Below are positions 1-8,260 of a DNA stretch of 40,277 nt, piece after piece. Positions within the stretch are counted from its first letter, which is position 1. Each line of letters starts with the position of its first letter. Source of the DNA: a virus (Duplodnaviria > Heunggongvirae > Uroviricota > Caudoviricetes); IMG/VR virus record IMGVR_UViG_2563366843_000005; one strand, 5' to 3'. The notes beneath the pieces were generated by a model. It had not been told where the DNA came from. It was given only the letters and a program-made list of their open reading frames with translations, and made no database searches. Position numbers and translations under genes: made by a program.

Positions 1-1143
1 CTATGCTGTTTTGATATCTACGATAATCCAGTCTTTACCACGATCATCATTGTATCGGTCGGTCATTTTTCTGGATTTATGGCCTAACAACTTTTGCGTA
101 TCCAGACCCTGTTCCCGATATAACCGTTCTGACAGAGATCGCTGCTCATGAAATGTGGGCGCAGTTCCTTGCTCCCATTTTATGCCACATTTTTCCCTGG
201 CCTTTTTAAAAGCCGTTGTCAGAGTATTTGCAGAAACCTGGTCCCCTCTGTTTGCTTGAGAGGTTGTGTGACGGTAATGGACCAGATATTTACTAACAAC
301 AGCATCCCTGCACTGAGATATAACTTCACGAAGGGTAATATTCAGAGCATCGCATTTCAGGTTAAGCGGAATAGCAAGTTTTGAACCGGTTTTTTCCTGA
401 GTAATGTGCAACATGTCGTCCCAGATATCAGAGAATTTCAAATTGCAGATATCGCCTAAACGTTGTCCAGTGACAAGAGCAAGTAGCATCCCGCATTTTA
501 AATAGGGCTGCCGTCTGCTTACGCTGTCAAATATTGCCTGCCATTCGGGCAGTGATAATCTTTGGCGGTTTACTCGATTTCGCGGTTGTTTTGTTGCCTG
601 CGCTGGGTTAAATCCTGGCGGAACATGTCCTGCGTGTTGTGCTTCTTTGAAGACGTCGATCAACACCATTCTCACGACTTGCGCCATCCTGTTATGACCT
701 TCAGCCTTTACAGCATCAATTATTTCGGCAATATCAAGTGCGGTAATATCCTTGAGGTGTTGCATTCCACAATGCTCACGGAAAAGACGAATGGGTTTGC
801 CTTTTTGCCGATAGGAGTTGGGTCTTAGTTCATTATGTTGCAGCCTGTCCTCCTGGATAGAAATATATTTATCAAGCCATTCTGTCACCGTAATGTCTGA
901 GCGCCTGCCTTTCATTCTTTCTAGACGCTCATTGACGCTTAATATTTGTCGAGTACGTTGTTCAGCAATAATGGTATTTGCTTCAGTAGCAACTTGTTTT
1001 GCTTCATTCTCATCAGTTCCTAAGCTATGAAAACGACCGGATAGTGGATGTTTGTATTGCCAATATACCTTTCCGGTTCGCTTATCTAATTTGCAATATA
1101 AATTGGGTATAGAGATTTTGTGAGATCGGGGTCTAGCAGCCAT
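1..1143 (-). CDS. int: phage integrase, tyrosine recombinase (lambda Int family)
   Basis: 380-aa ORF with C-terminal catalytic region motifs (HEQRSLSERLY, LLGHKS, RY); 5' end overlaps xis as in lambda; stop codon at 1-3, so attL is outside the window. Confidence 0.9.
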   Translation of the reverse strand: MAARPRSHKISIPNLYCKLDKRTGKVYWQYKHPLSGRFHSLGTDENEAKQVATEANTIIAEQRTRQILSVNERLERMKGRRSDITVTEWLDKYISIQEDRLQHNELRPNSYRQKGKPIRLFREHCGMQHLKDITALDIAEIIDAVKAEGHNRMAQVVRMVLIDVFKEAQHAGHVPPGFNPAQATKQPRNRVNRQRLSLPEWQAIFDSVSRRQPYLKCGMLLALVTGQRLGDICNLKFSDIWDDMLHITQEKTGSKLAIPLNLKCDALNITLREVISQCRDAVVSKYLVHYRHTTSQANRGDQVSANTLTTAFKKAREKCGIKWEQGTAPTFHEQRSLSERLYREQGLDTQKLLGHKSRKMTDRYNDDRGKDWIIVDIKTA

Positions 1144-1369
1144 CAGCGATTATCCGTTGGAGTTTTGGGTTTGCGTTTATTGGGAGTTGCGGTTCTGCAA
1201 GCGTTCCTACAAAACGGGAATTTCGGTCAATCATCCAGTAGCGACCAACTTTTATAGCGGGTGGGGCCATCATTTTCCCTTGCGCGTATTTTTTCAGAAC
1301 TCGCTCACTTGGTGCTAAGTCCCCAAATTCTTCTTTAGCCCAGTCCTGTAAAGTGATTAGTCGAGACAT
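1133..1369 (-). CDS. xis: excisionase
   Basis: 78-aa ORF immediately upstream of and overlapping int; small basic protein typical of lambdoid Xis. Confidence 0.7.
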   Translation of the reverse strand: MSRLITLQDWAKEEFGDLAPSERVLKKYAQGKMMAPPAIKVGRYWMIDRNSRFVGTLAEPQLPINANPKLQRIIADGC

Positions 1370-1508
1370 TTGTCCTTCTCTTAGCTGCTGAGGGAGTTTG
1401 TGACCGATATATCTGACATGATATTAAGCTCATGGCAGGTACATCTCTTGACTGGTCATAGAGATAAATTTAATGCTGAGAAATGCAGTATTGAATTTAT
1501 CAATTTTT

Positions 1509-1748
1509 CTATTTCCTGCGTATGGCACGTAACTTCTTAATGTGTTCTGCCGTTTCGATCTCTTCTGCTATCCGATCTGCATCAGCTTTATTCACAGGTT
1601 CAAAGTCATGATTAAAGCGGAACATGCTGGCGATACATGTTCTGCCTTTTCGGATGTAGTGAACTTTGTTGTGGGTAGAACACAGGATTTTGCAGGGAGT
1701 GCCGTGGTGGTCGACGTACCAGGTGTTAGGAAAAATGATTCTGAACAT
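1509..1748 (-). CDS. hypothetical protein (b-region, Cys/His-rich)
   Basis: 79-aa ORF co-oriented with the pL operon between xis and exo; no recognisable family. Confidence 0.4.
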   Translation of the reverse strand: MFRIIFPNTWYVDHHGTPCKILCSTHNKVHYIRKGRTCIASMFRFNHDFEPVNKADADRIAEEIETAEHIKKLRAIRRK

Positions 1749-1795
1749 TTTTACACCTCAGTTGGACGATGTTGAAATTTGCTGCTTTGAGGCCA

Positions 1796-2014
1796 TTACA
1801 ATCCCCATTGTTTGTTCTTAAGTTCGATCTCCTCCTGGCAACTTGCACAAGTCCGACAACCCTGAACGATCAGGCGTCTTCGTTCATCTATGGGAGCGCC
1901 ACACTCACAACAATGAGTGGCAGGTACAGCCTGGAGGTTCAGACGACGCATTTTTATTGCTGTATTGCGCTGTAATTCTTCAATTTCTGATGCTGAATCA
2001 ATGATGTCTGCCAT
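1796..2014 (-). CDS. TraR/DksA-family C4 zinc-finger protein
   Basis: 72 aa with CxxC-(17)-CxxC motif (CCECGAPIDERRRLIVQGCRTCASC), typical of phage TraR-like RNAP-binding proteins. Confidence 0.6.
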   Translation of the reverse strand: MADIIDSASEIEELQRNTAIKMRRLNLQAVPATHCCECGAPIDERRRLIVQGCRTCASCQEEIELKNKQWGL

Positions 2015-2112
2015 CTTTCATTAATCCCTGAATTGTTGGTTAATACGCTTGAGGGTGAATGCGAACAATAAAAAAGGAGCCTGTAGCTCCCTGATGATTT
2101 TGCTTTTCATGT

Positions 2113-2394
2113 TCACCGTTCCTTAAAGACGCCATTTAACATGCCGATCGCCAGGCTTAAATGAGTCGGTGTGAATCCCATCAGCGTTACCGTTTCGCGG
2201 TGCTTCTTCAGTACGCTACGGCAAATGTCATCGACGTTTTTATCCGGAAACTGCTGTCTGGCATTTTTGATTTCAGAATTAGCCTGACGGGCAATGCTGC
2301 GAAGGGCGTTTTCTTGCTGAGGTGTCATTGAACAAGTCCCATGTCGGCAAGCATAAGCACACAGAATTTGAAGCCCGCTGCCAGAAAAATGCAT
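2113..2394 (-). CDS. hypothetical protein, lambda orf61-like (probable true start at internal Met, 2328)
   Basis: ORF in the lambda orf61/orf63/orf60a position upstream of exo; recalled similarity to lambda b-region small proteins. Confidence 0.4.
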   Translation of the reverse strand: MHFSGSGLQILCAYACRHGTCSMTPQQENALRSIARQANSEIKNARQQFPDKNVDDICRSVLKKHRETVTLMGFTPTHLSLAIGMLNGVFKER

Positions 2395-2404
2395 TCAGTG
2401 GTTG

Positions 2405-2596
2405 TCATACCTGGTCTCTCTCATCTGCTTCTGCTTTCGCCACCATCATTTCCAGCTTTTGTGAAAGGGATGTGGCTAACGTATGAAATTCTTCGTCTGT
2501 TTCTACTGGTATTGGCACAAACCTGACTCCAATTTGAGCAAGGCTATGTGCCATCTCAATACTCGTTCTTAACTTAACAGGAGATGCTTTGTGCAT
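2405..2596 (-). CDS. hypothetical protein, lambda orf63-like
   Basis: 63-aa ORF, position and recalled similarity to lambda orf63. Confidence 0.45.
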   Translation of the reverse strand: MHKASPVKLRTSIEMAHSLAQIGVRFVPIPVETDEEFHTLATSLSQKLEMMVAKAEADERDQV

Positions 2597-2757
2597 ATCG
2601 CCTCCCGTTTATTATTTATCTCCTCAGCCAGCCGCTGTGCTTTCAGGGGATTTCGGATAACAGAAAGACCGGGAAATACCCAGCCTCGCTTTGTAACGGA
2701 GTAGACGAAAGTGATTGCGCCTACCCGGATATTATCGTGAGGATGCTTCATCGCCAT
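2569..2757 (-). CDS. hypothetical protein, lambda orf60a-like
   Basis: 62-aa ORF (60 aa from MKHPH) directly upstream of exo, overlapping its start as in lambda. Confidence 0.45.
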   Translation of the reverse strand: MAMKHPHDNIRVGAITFVYSVTKRGWVFPGLSVIRNPLKAQRLAEEINNKREAICTKHLLLS

Positions 2758-3428
2758 TGCTCCCCAAATACAAAACCAATTTCAGCCAGTGCCTCGTCCA
2801 TTTTTTCGATGAACTCCGGCACTATCTCGTCAAAATTCGCCATGTACTTTTCATCCCGCTCAACCACGACATAATGCAGGCCTTCACGCTTCATACGCGG
2901 GTCATAGTTGGCAAAGTACCAGGCATCTTTTCGCGTCACCCACATGCTGTACTGCACCTGGGCCATGTAAGCCGATTTTATGGCCTCGAAACCACCGAGC
3001 CGGAATTTCATGAAATCCCGGGAGGTAAACGGGCATTTCAGTTCAAGGCCGTTGCCGTCACTGCATAAACCATCCGGAGAGCAGGCGGTACGCATACTTT
3101 CGTCGCGATAGATGATCGGGGATTCAATAACATTCACGCCGGAAGTGAACTCAAACAGGGTTCTGGCGTCGTTCTCGTACTGTTTTCCCCAGGCCAGCGC
3201 CTTAGCATTAACTTCCGGAGCCACACCGGTGCAAACCTCAGCCAGCAGGGTGTGGAAGTAGGACATTTTCATGTCAGGCCACTTCTTTCCTGAGCGGGGC
3301 TTTGCTATCACGTTGTGAACTTCTGAAGCGGTGATGACGCCGAGCCGTAATTTGTGCCATGCATCATCCCCCTGTTCGACAGCTCTCACGTCGATCCCGG
3401 TACGCTGCAGGATAATGTCCGGTGTCAT
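2748..3428 (-). CDS. exo: lambda exonuclease (Red-alpha)
   Basis: 226-aa protein matching recalled lambda Exo along its full length ([50 protein letters not shown]...). Confidence 0.95.
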   Translation of the reverse strand: MTPDIILQRTGIDVRAVEQGDDAWHKLRLGVITASEVHNVIAKPRSGKKWPDMKMSYFHTLLAEVCTGVAPEVNAKALAWGKQYENDARTLFEFTSGVNVIESPIIYRDESMRTACSPDGLCSDGNGLELKCPFTSRDFMKFRLGGFEAIKSAYMAQVQYSMWVTRKDAWYFANYDPRMKREGLHYVVVERDEKYMANFDEIVPEFIEKMDEALAEIGFVFGEQWR

Positions 3429-4210
3429 GCTGCCACCTTCTGCTCAGTGGCTTTCTGTTTCAGGAATCCAAGAGCTTTCACTGCTTCGGCCTGTGTCAGT
3501 TCTGACGATGCGCGAATGTCGCGGCGAAATATCTGGGAACAGAGCGGCAATAAGTCGTCATCCCATGTTTTATCCAGGGCGATCAGCAGAGTGTTAATCT
3601 CCTGCATGGTTTCATCGTTAACCGGAGTGATGTCGCGTTCTGGCTGACGTTCTGCAGTGTATGCAGTATTTTCGACAATGCGCTCGGCTTCATCCTTGTC
3701 ATAGATACCAGCAAATCCGAAGGCCAGACGGGCACACTGAATCATGGCTTTATGCCGTAACATCCGTTTGGGATGCGACTGCCACGGCCCCGTGATTTCT
3801 CTGCCTTCGCGAGTTTTGAATGGTTCGCGGCGGCATTCATCCATCCATTCGGTAACGCAGATCGGATGATTACGGTCCTTGCGGTAAATCCGGCATGTAC
3901 AGGATTCATTGTCCTGCTCAAAGTCCATGCCATCAAACTGCTGGTTTTCATTGATGATGCGGGACCAGCCATCAACGCCCACCACCGGAACGATGCCGTT
4001 CTGCTTATCAGGGAAGGCGTAAATTTCTTTCGTCCACGGATTAAGGCCGTACTGGTTGGCGACGATCAACAATGCGATGAACTGCGCATCGCTGGCATCA
4101 CCTTTAAATGCCGTCTGGCGAAGAGTGGTGATCAGTTCCTGTGGGTCGACAGAATCCATGCCGACACGTTCAGCCAGCTTCCCAGCCAGCGTTGCGAGTG
4201 CGGTACTCAT
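3425..4210 (-). CDS. bet: recombination protein Bet (Red-beta), single-strand annealing protein
   Basis: 261-aa protein matching lambda Beta; 4-nt overlap with exo. Confidence 0.95.
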   Translation of the reverse strand: MSTALATLAGKLAERVGMDSVDPQELITTLRQTAFKGDASDAQFIALLIVANQYGLNPWTKEIYAFPDKQNGIVPVVGVDGWSRIINENQQFDGMDFEQDNESCTCRIYRKDRNHPICVTEWMDECRREPFKTREGREITGPWQSHPKRMLRHKAMIQCARLAFGFAGIYDKDEAERIVENTAYTAERQPERDITPVNDETMQEINTLLIALDKTWDDDLLPLCSQIFRRDIRASSELTQAEAVKALGFLKQKATEQKVAA

Positions 4211-4215
4211 CCGTT

Positions 4216-4512
4216 TTATACCTCTGAATCAATATCAACCTGGTGGTGAGCAATGGTTTCAACCATGTACCGGATGTGTTCTGCCATGCGCTCCTGAAAC
4301 TCAACATCGTCATCAAACGCACGGGTAATGGCTTTTTTGCTGGCCCCGTGGCGTTGCAAATGATCGATGCATAGCGATTCAAACAGGTGCTGGGGCAGGC
4401 CTTTTTCCATGTCGTCTGCCAGTTCTGCCTCTTTCTCTTCACGGGCGATCTGCTGGTAGTGACGCGCCCAGCTCTGAGCCTCAAGACGATCCTGAATGTA
4501 ATAAGCGTTCAT
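4216..4512 (-). CDS. gam: host-nuclease inhibitor Gam (98-aa short form)
   Basis: [21 protein letters not shown]... matches the lambda GamS core; an in-frame stop upstream excludes the longer lambda form. Confidence 0.9.
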   Translation of the reverse strand: MNAYYIQDRLEAQSWARHYQQIAREEKEAELADDMEKGLPQHLFESLCIDHLQRHGASKKAITRAFDDDVEFQERMAEHIRYMVETIAHHQVDIDSEV

Positions 4513-4641
4513 GGATAAACTCCTGAAATTTTGATGTGCGGATCCAGACAGTGCGTTAACTGCATAGTTGTTTGAATGAACTCGCTTGATTAATCAAAAT
4601 GTTGGATCACACTATGTCTTGCTCAAAATCTGATAAATAAG

Positions 4642-4956
4642 GTGTCTAGAATGCTGATTGATAAGTTAAAGTCTTCTCCGATGTACCCAACCGCAGAAAT
4701 GGGTAAGCAGTCGAAAAAGAATCATTGGTATGTAAGGGAAAAGGGGAGTGATCAACCGCAAGACCAGACCTGGAGAGCTTGGTGGGAATCTCGCTCGCTT
4801 GGCAAAGGCCATATCAATTGGAGATCTACATGCGTAGCAGAAAATGTACTCGATCCATTCAATCCGCCATCTCGGTTTGAGGTTGATTTCAAAGCCCCTG
4901 ATGGGAGTATCTACAACCTTGAATTTGCTTTGGCTCCACACGGCCCAAACAAGTGA
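4642..4956 (+). CDS. hypothetical protein (ATG at 4651), antisense to the pL operon
   Basis: 104-aa hydrophilic, Trp-rich ORF; AAGG about 9 nt upstream of ATG 4651; no recognisable family. Confidence 0.35.
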   Translation: MSRMLIDKLKSSPMYPTAEMGKQSKKNHWYVREKGSDQPQDQTWRAWWESRSLGKGHINWRSTCVAENVLDPFNPPSRFEVDFKAPDGSIYNLEFALAPHGPNK

Positions 4957-4960
4957 GTAG

Positions 4961-5371
4961 TTAGTGGCTCAGACCACCGCCAGTACCATTCAGGTAAACC
5001 TCCACGAGCAAATCTTTTGTGTACGTTCGTTCGATGCCGCGATGCAAGTAAAGCCGACCGCGCAAATTAGCTGATGCCGTCCAGGTACCATCTTTGTGTT
5101 TAACCAGCATACCTGGCCGGACGGCACCGCGATTAACGGTCTGAGTTCCGTAATGTTGATGAACCATAAAAACTCCTGCCCGTAAGCTGGGCTGCTGAAC
5201 ATATAGAGACTTCTGCGCGTATTCAGGCGGTGGATGGCCGCCGGTTGTCATAACTAAGCCGCCTCGTTGAAGCGACTGAGGTATGAAGTGTTGAGTTGAT
5301 TTCAGCTGGTCACACCGACGTTCACGCGTCCGCTTCACCCCTCGCACTCCCCGGAGCCTGCTGAAATTCAA
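4961..5371 (-). CDS. hypothetical protein, first ORF downstream of pL; possible N-like antiterminator
   Basis: GC-rich ORF starting at TTG or an internal GTG/ATG; N-proximal Arg-rich stretch (VKRTRERRCDQLK) resembles arginine-rich motifs of N proteins; no C-terminal similarity to lambda N. Confidence 0.3.
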   Translation of the reverse strand: MNFSRLRGVRGVKRTRERRCDQLKSTQHFIPQSLQRGGLVMTTGGHPPPEYAQKSLYVQQPSLRAGVFMVHQHYGTQTVNRGAVRPGMLVKHKDGTWTASANLRGRLYLHRGIERTYTKDLLVEVYLNGTGGGLSH

Positions 5372-5431
5372 GCTGCGGATCTAAGCGGTCATCGCAACGG
5401 CGAATCAGGTGGTTGCCGTATCGTTGTGTTG

Positions 5432-5487
5432 TTGCGACATGGTGATAATAGCTATTGCTATTAGTGATATCAATACTTATTGCTATT
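5432..5487 (-). promoter_or_regulatory. pL promoter with OL operators (-35 TTGATA at 5468-5473, 17-bp spacer, -10 TATTAT at 5445-5450, minus strand)
   Basis: Sigma-70-like hexamers on the minus strand; three TTGC-core 8-mers at 5432, 5455 and 5480 (about 25-bp spacing) mirror the array at PR. Confidence 0.5.
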
Positions 5488-5612
5488 GATTGATGCATTT
5501 TGATATTAACTGTTTGATAGCAAAAGGAATTAATTTTGTGACTTGCATCGCATAGCGATAACTGAAGCGGGGGTTGTGGTGGTTTTTTGAACGGTGTGTG
5601 ATGAGGGGAGGC

Positions 5613-5640
5613 AAAAGAAAACCCGGCACGACGGCCGGGG
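5613..5640 (-). terminator. rho-independent terminator ending the cI operon
   Basis: GC stem CCCGGC/GCCGGG with 6-nt loop, followed on the minus strand by a T-run (TTTTCTTTT), directly after the stop of the 287-aa gene. Confidence 0.6.
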
Positions 5641-5643
5641 AAA

Positions 5644-6507
5644 TCATTTCGCATCTACAATAAATAACCTGTTTATCTGGCCTTTTTTAACAGTAGCCTT
5701 TGCGGTTATAGTGAATACTGCAGATGGATCACCTTTGGTTGATATATATGCACTAAGAGCTCTAATATACGGGTTATTCTTCTTTCCTGCAGCTGGATCG
5801 CTAATTTCAGCAGTGATTCTCTTTTTTGAGTCATCACCATCTAAAATTATTTTAGCTGTCATATTTTGTGCATCAAATTCTGTAAGAAAAGCACGATACT
5901 CACGAAGACCGAGAACTTCATCATCATCAAGCCTATCAATTTCAGCTTTATCTCTCTCGTTAACTTTTAGAAGGCAGCCGTCAACATTTGTTGCAACACT
6001 TATCTGATCGCAAGTATTACCAATAGGTGATACTGCCTGCCTTACAGAGGGGCGAAGCTCTACAGCCATTCGGTCAATCAAAGAGATCAACTTATCAATG
6101 GTTCCAGCATCCTTGTTTCCTAGTGCCTCTATGGCCTTTTCAAGTGACTGCTGCAAAGCTTTCATTTCATCTTTCTTGTTAGAATTTCTCGCAAAAATAT
6201 ATTGTAGTATTGCGCCAAGTATAGTTGCGGCGATCCCCGAGAACAACTGGTTCTGAGTGGCGAAGTTAAGAACTGCTTCAAGAGTAAAGCAGTTAGCTTT
6301 TGCTTCGCGTGCGTAAACCTTAACTTCCTGATAATTAATGTATTTACTATATTTTTGTGTAACAGAGAAAGAAGCTGCTGTTGAGAGAACTTTAGAAAAA
6401 CCCTTTAGGGATTCTCCTAGGCAGTTCAAATCTATTTCATGATTTAAAGCATCTTTTCCGTCATACCTAAGAGAGATTTTTATATCCTGTAAAGCGTCAC
6501 AATCCAT
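5644..6507 (-). CDS. hypothetical protein in the rexAB-equivalent slot; candidate exclusion or defence protein
   Basis: 287-aa ORF, visibly AT-rich, 66 bp downstream of cI on the same strand, followed by a terminator; one central hydrophobic segment ([18 protein letters not shown]); no recognisable family. Confidence 0.6.
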   Translation of the reverse strand: MDCDALQDIKISLRYDGKDALNHEIDLNCLGESLKGFSKVLSTAASFSVTQKYSKYINYQEVKVYAREAKANCFTLEAVLNFATQNQLFSGIAATILGAILQYIFARNSNKKDEMKALQQSLEKAIEALGNKDAGTIDKLISLIDRMAVELRPSVRQAVSPIGNTCDQISVATNVDGCLLKVNERDKAEIDRLDDDEVLGLREYRAFLTEFDAQNMTAKIILDGDDSKKRITAEISDPAAGKKNNPYIRALSAYISTKGDPSAVFTITAKATVKKGQINRLFIVDAK

Positions 6508-6573
6508 AAATCGCTCTCGTCTAATTCTAATTAAATTTACTATCCCCTAAACGACTCATCAGCACAGTACTGA

Positions 6574-7266
6574 TTATCCATGTTTCCTGTACGTCTGGGG
6601 CATGCTCCCAATAACCTTACCGAAGATGAACACCCGGTTCATCTCGTCTTTCTCGATCGGGTCCCACGGTGAGTAGCTCTTGTTATCAGAGATAACCAGC
6701 AGCTTATCCTTCATCATTTGCAGGCGCTTTACATGGGCGGTGTCGTCGTACAGAAACGCATAGATGCCATCACCGTCGAAAGATTTAACCGTGATATCAA
6801 CGAACAGCAGATCACCTGGTTCGATCGTTCCTGACATGCTGTCACCACGCACGTTAATGATGCGGATATTTTCCGCCTTCCTGCCATCGAACATGTGACG
6901 AGCATCGTCAAACGAGTACTCAACCGAGCGTAGGACTTCTACAAACTCACGGTTGATGACTCCCGGCCCGGCACTCACTTCTATATCAAGAACGTCAATC
7001 TTGAAGTATTTGGAATGGTTGACAGTAGGCTTCCCTGATTGTTGACCGTCATTTCTCATCGGGCCTATGCCTGATGAGAGCCACTCTGTTCGAACACCCA
7101 ATGCATTAGCTATTTCAACAATTTTTGTTGAGCCGCGCGCGTTGCCGCTTGTCAGTCTCCAGATTGTTGGTTGAGCTACGCCAGACGCCTTTGCAAGAGC
7201 GCCTTGAGACATCCCAGATTGTTCCATCGCTAGGTTTAAGCGATCAGCAAGAGTTTCTTTTTTCAT
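6574..7266 (-). CDS. cI: CI-type prophage repressor (HTH plus S24 LexA-like peptidase domain)
   Basis: N-terminal HTH; Ala-Gly cleavage site (VSAGPG); GDSM serine and downstream KRL lysine of S24 peptidases; start set at ATG 7264-7266 (leaderless relative to putative PRM) rather than the upstream ORF start at 7323. Confidence 0.85.
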   Translation of the reverse strand: MKKETLADRLNLAMEQSGMSQGALAKASGVAQPTIWRLTSGNARGSTKIVEIANALGVRTEWLSSGIGPMRNDGQQSGKPTVNHSKYFKIDVLDIEVSAGPGVINREFVEVLRSVEYSFDDARHMFDGRKAENIRIINVRGDSMSGTIEPGDLLFVDITVKSFDGDGIYAFLYDDTAHVKRLQMMKDKLLVISDNKSYSPWDPIEKDEMNRVFIFGKVIGSMPQTYRKHG

Positions 7267-7275
7267 AAGTTTTAA

Positions 7276-7345
7276 TTTATACGCTTGCGTATTGATGGTC
7301 AAAACACGTTTTGCTATTGTCATGGTTAATACGCATTGCTATTAT
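7276..7345. promoter_or_regulatory. OR operator region with divergent PRM (leftward) and PR (rightward; -35 TTGTCA 7317-7322, -10 TATTAT 7340-7345)
   Basis: TTGC-core 8-mers at 7285, 7311 and 7336 at the same spacing as at pL; 14-bp palindromes ATACGCTTGCGTAT (7279-7292) and CAAAACACGTTTTG (7300-7313); PRM-like TTGACC-15-TATAAA on the minus strand ending next to the cI ATG. Confidence 0.55.
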
Positions 7346-7376
7346 TCATTCATTGTAATACCAATAGGAATTGATA

Positions 7377-7604
7377 ATGACAAATCAAACCATTCAACTC
7401 GCAATCAGTATTACAGGTAGTCAAAAACGACTGGCAGATCTATGCGGTGTAGCCCAGCCCACTGTTTGGCGTTGGCTACACGGTGGCGGAATTGATGCCC
7501 GCTATGTAATGAAAATTGTCTCAGCCACTGGTGGAAAGATTAAGCCAGCAGATATTCGTCCCGACCTCGCACCATTGTTTAACGCGAGTAATTCTGCCGC
7601 CTAA
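7377..7604 (+). CDS. cro: Cro-like HTH regulator
   Basis: Small HTH protein (QKRLADLCGVAQPTVWRW) divergent from cI and directly downstream of PR. Confidence 0.7.
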   Translation: MTNQTIQLAISITGSQKRLADLCGVAQPTVWRWLHGGGIDARYVMKIVSATGGKIKPADIRPDLAPLFNASNSAA

Positions 7605-7634
7605 TCTGCGGCGTTAACTGATAAGGCGATGATT

Positions 7635-8174
7635 ATGCAACCACTTACATACCAACAGACTAGCGGATTTAGCCCGACTGCGGTGATAAATCGTTCTCAA
7701 ATAAAACAGGTGCCAGGCCACGAAAAAATTCGTGATGCCGTCCGCGCCTGGTCTGCTGAAGATAATCAGGATGTAGTTGCCGCACTCATTGTGAATGAGT
7801 ATCGAGCACAGGGCGGCGGCACCATCGATTTTCCTGATGATGTCAGTCGTGCACGCCAGAAGCTGTTCCGCTTCCTCGATAACAAATTCGATTCTGAAAA
7901 ATACCGAAATAACGTGCGTGAACTGACCCCGGCAATTCTGGCGGTATTACCGCTGGAATATCGCGGCCACCTGGTTGAGCAGGATAGCTTCATGGCTCGG
8001 CTGGCTGAAATGGAAAAGGAACTCAGTGAGGCAAAGCAGGCGGTCATTCTCAACGCACCACGCCACCAGAAACTGAAGGAGATGAGTGAAGGCATTGTGT
8101 CGATGTTTCGAGTGGACCCGGATCTGGCTGGTCCATTGATGGCGATGGTCACCACCATGCTGGGGGCAATATGA
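7635..8174 (+). CDS. hypothetical early regulatory protein in the cII position
   Basis: 179-aa ORF between cro and O; much larger than lambda CII with no recalled similarity to it. Confidence 0.4.
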   Translation: MQPLTYQQTSGFSPTAVINRSQIKQVPGHEKIRDAVRAWSAEDNQDVVAALIVNEYRAQGGGTIDFPDDVSRARQKLFRFLDNKFDSEKYRNNVRELTPAILAVLPLEYRGHLVEQDSFMARLAEMEKELSEAKQAVILNAPRHQKLKEMSEGIVSMFRVDPDLAGPLMAMVTTMLGAI

Positions 8175-8260
8175 CAGGTTCAAAAATGGCGAAAGTCGGT
8201 CTGCGGGAACAGAACCGACTTTCAGGTGCAAATCGTAACACACTCATTGCGGGAGGAATT

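Noticed and set aside
1-60. attL / prophage boundary
   Set aside because: The window begins at the int stop codon; the att core would lie just outside it, so no attachment site can be called.
4513-4641. Possible long-form Gam N-terminal extension or kil upstream of gam
   Set aside because: An in-frame stop lies directly upstream of the gam ATG and there is no ORF in the interval; only the 98-aa Gam is encoded.
6574-7323. Longer cI ORF starting at 7323
   Set aside because: The extra 19 codons would overlap the PR -35 and operator repeats; the ATG at 7264-7266 sits at leaderless distance from a PRM-like promoter and gives a repressor starting at the HTH domain.
7766-8243. Minus-strand ORFs of 130 and 98 aa
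   Set aside because: Overlap the plus-strand cII-position gene in the rightward early operon; low-complexity Ser/Arg-rich translations typical of antisense frames.
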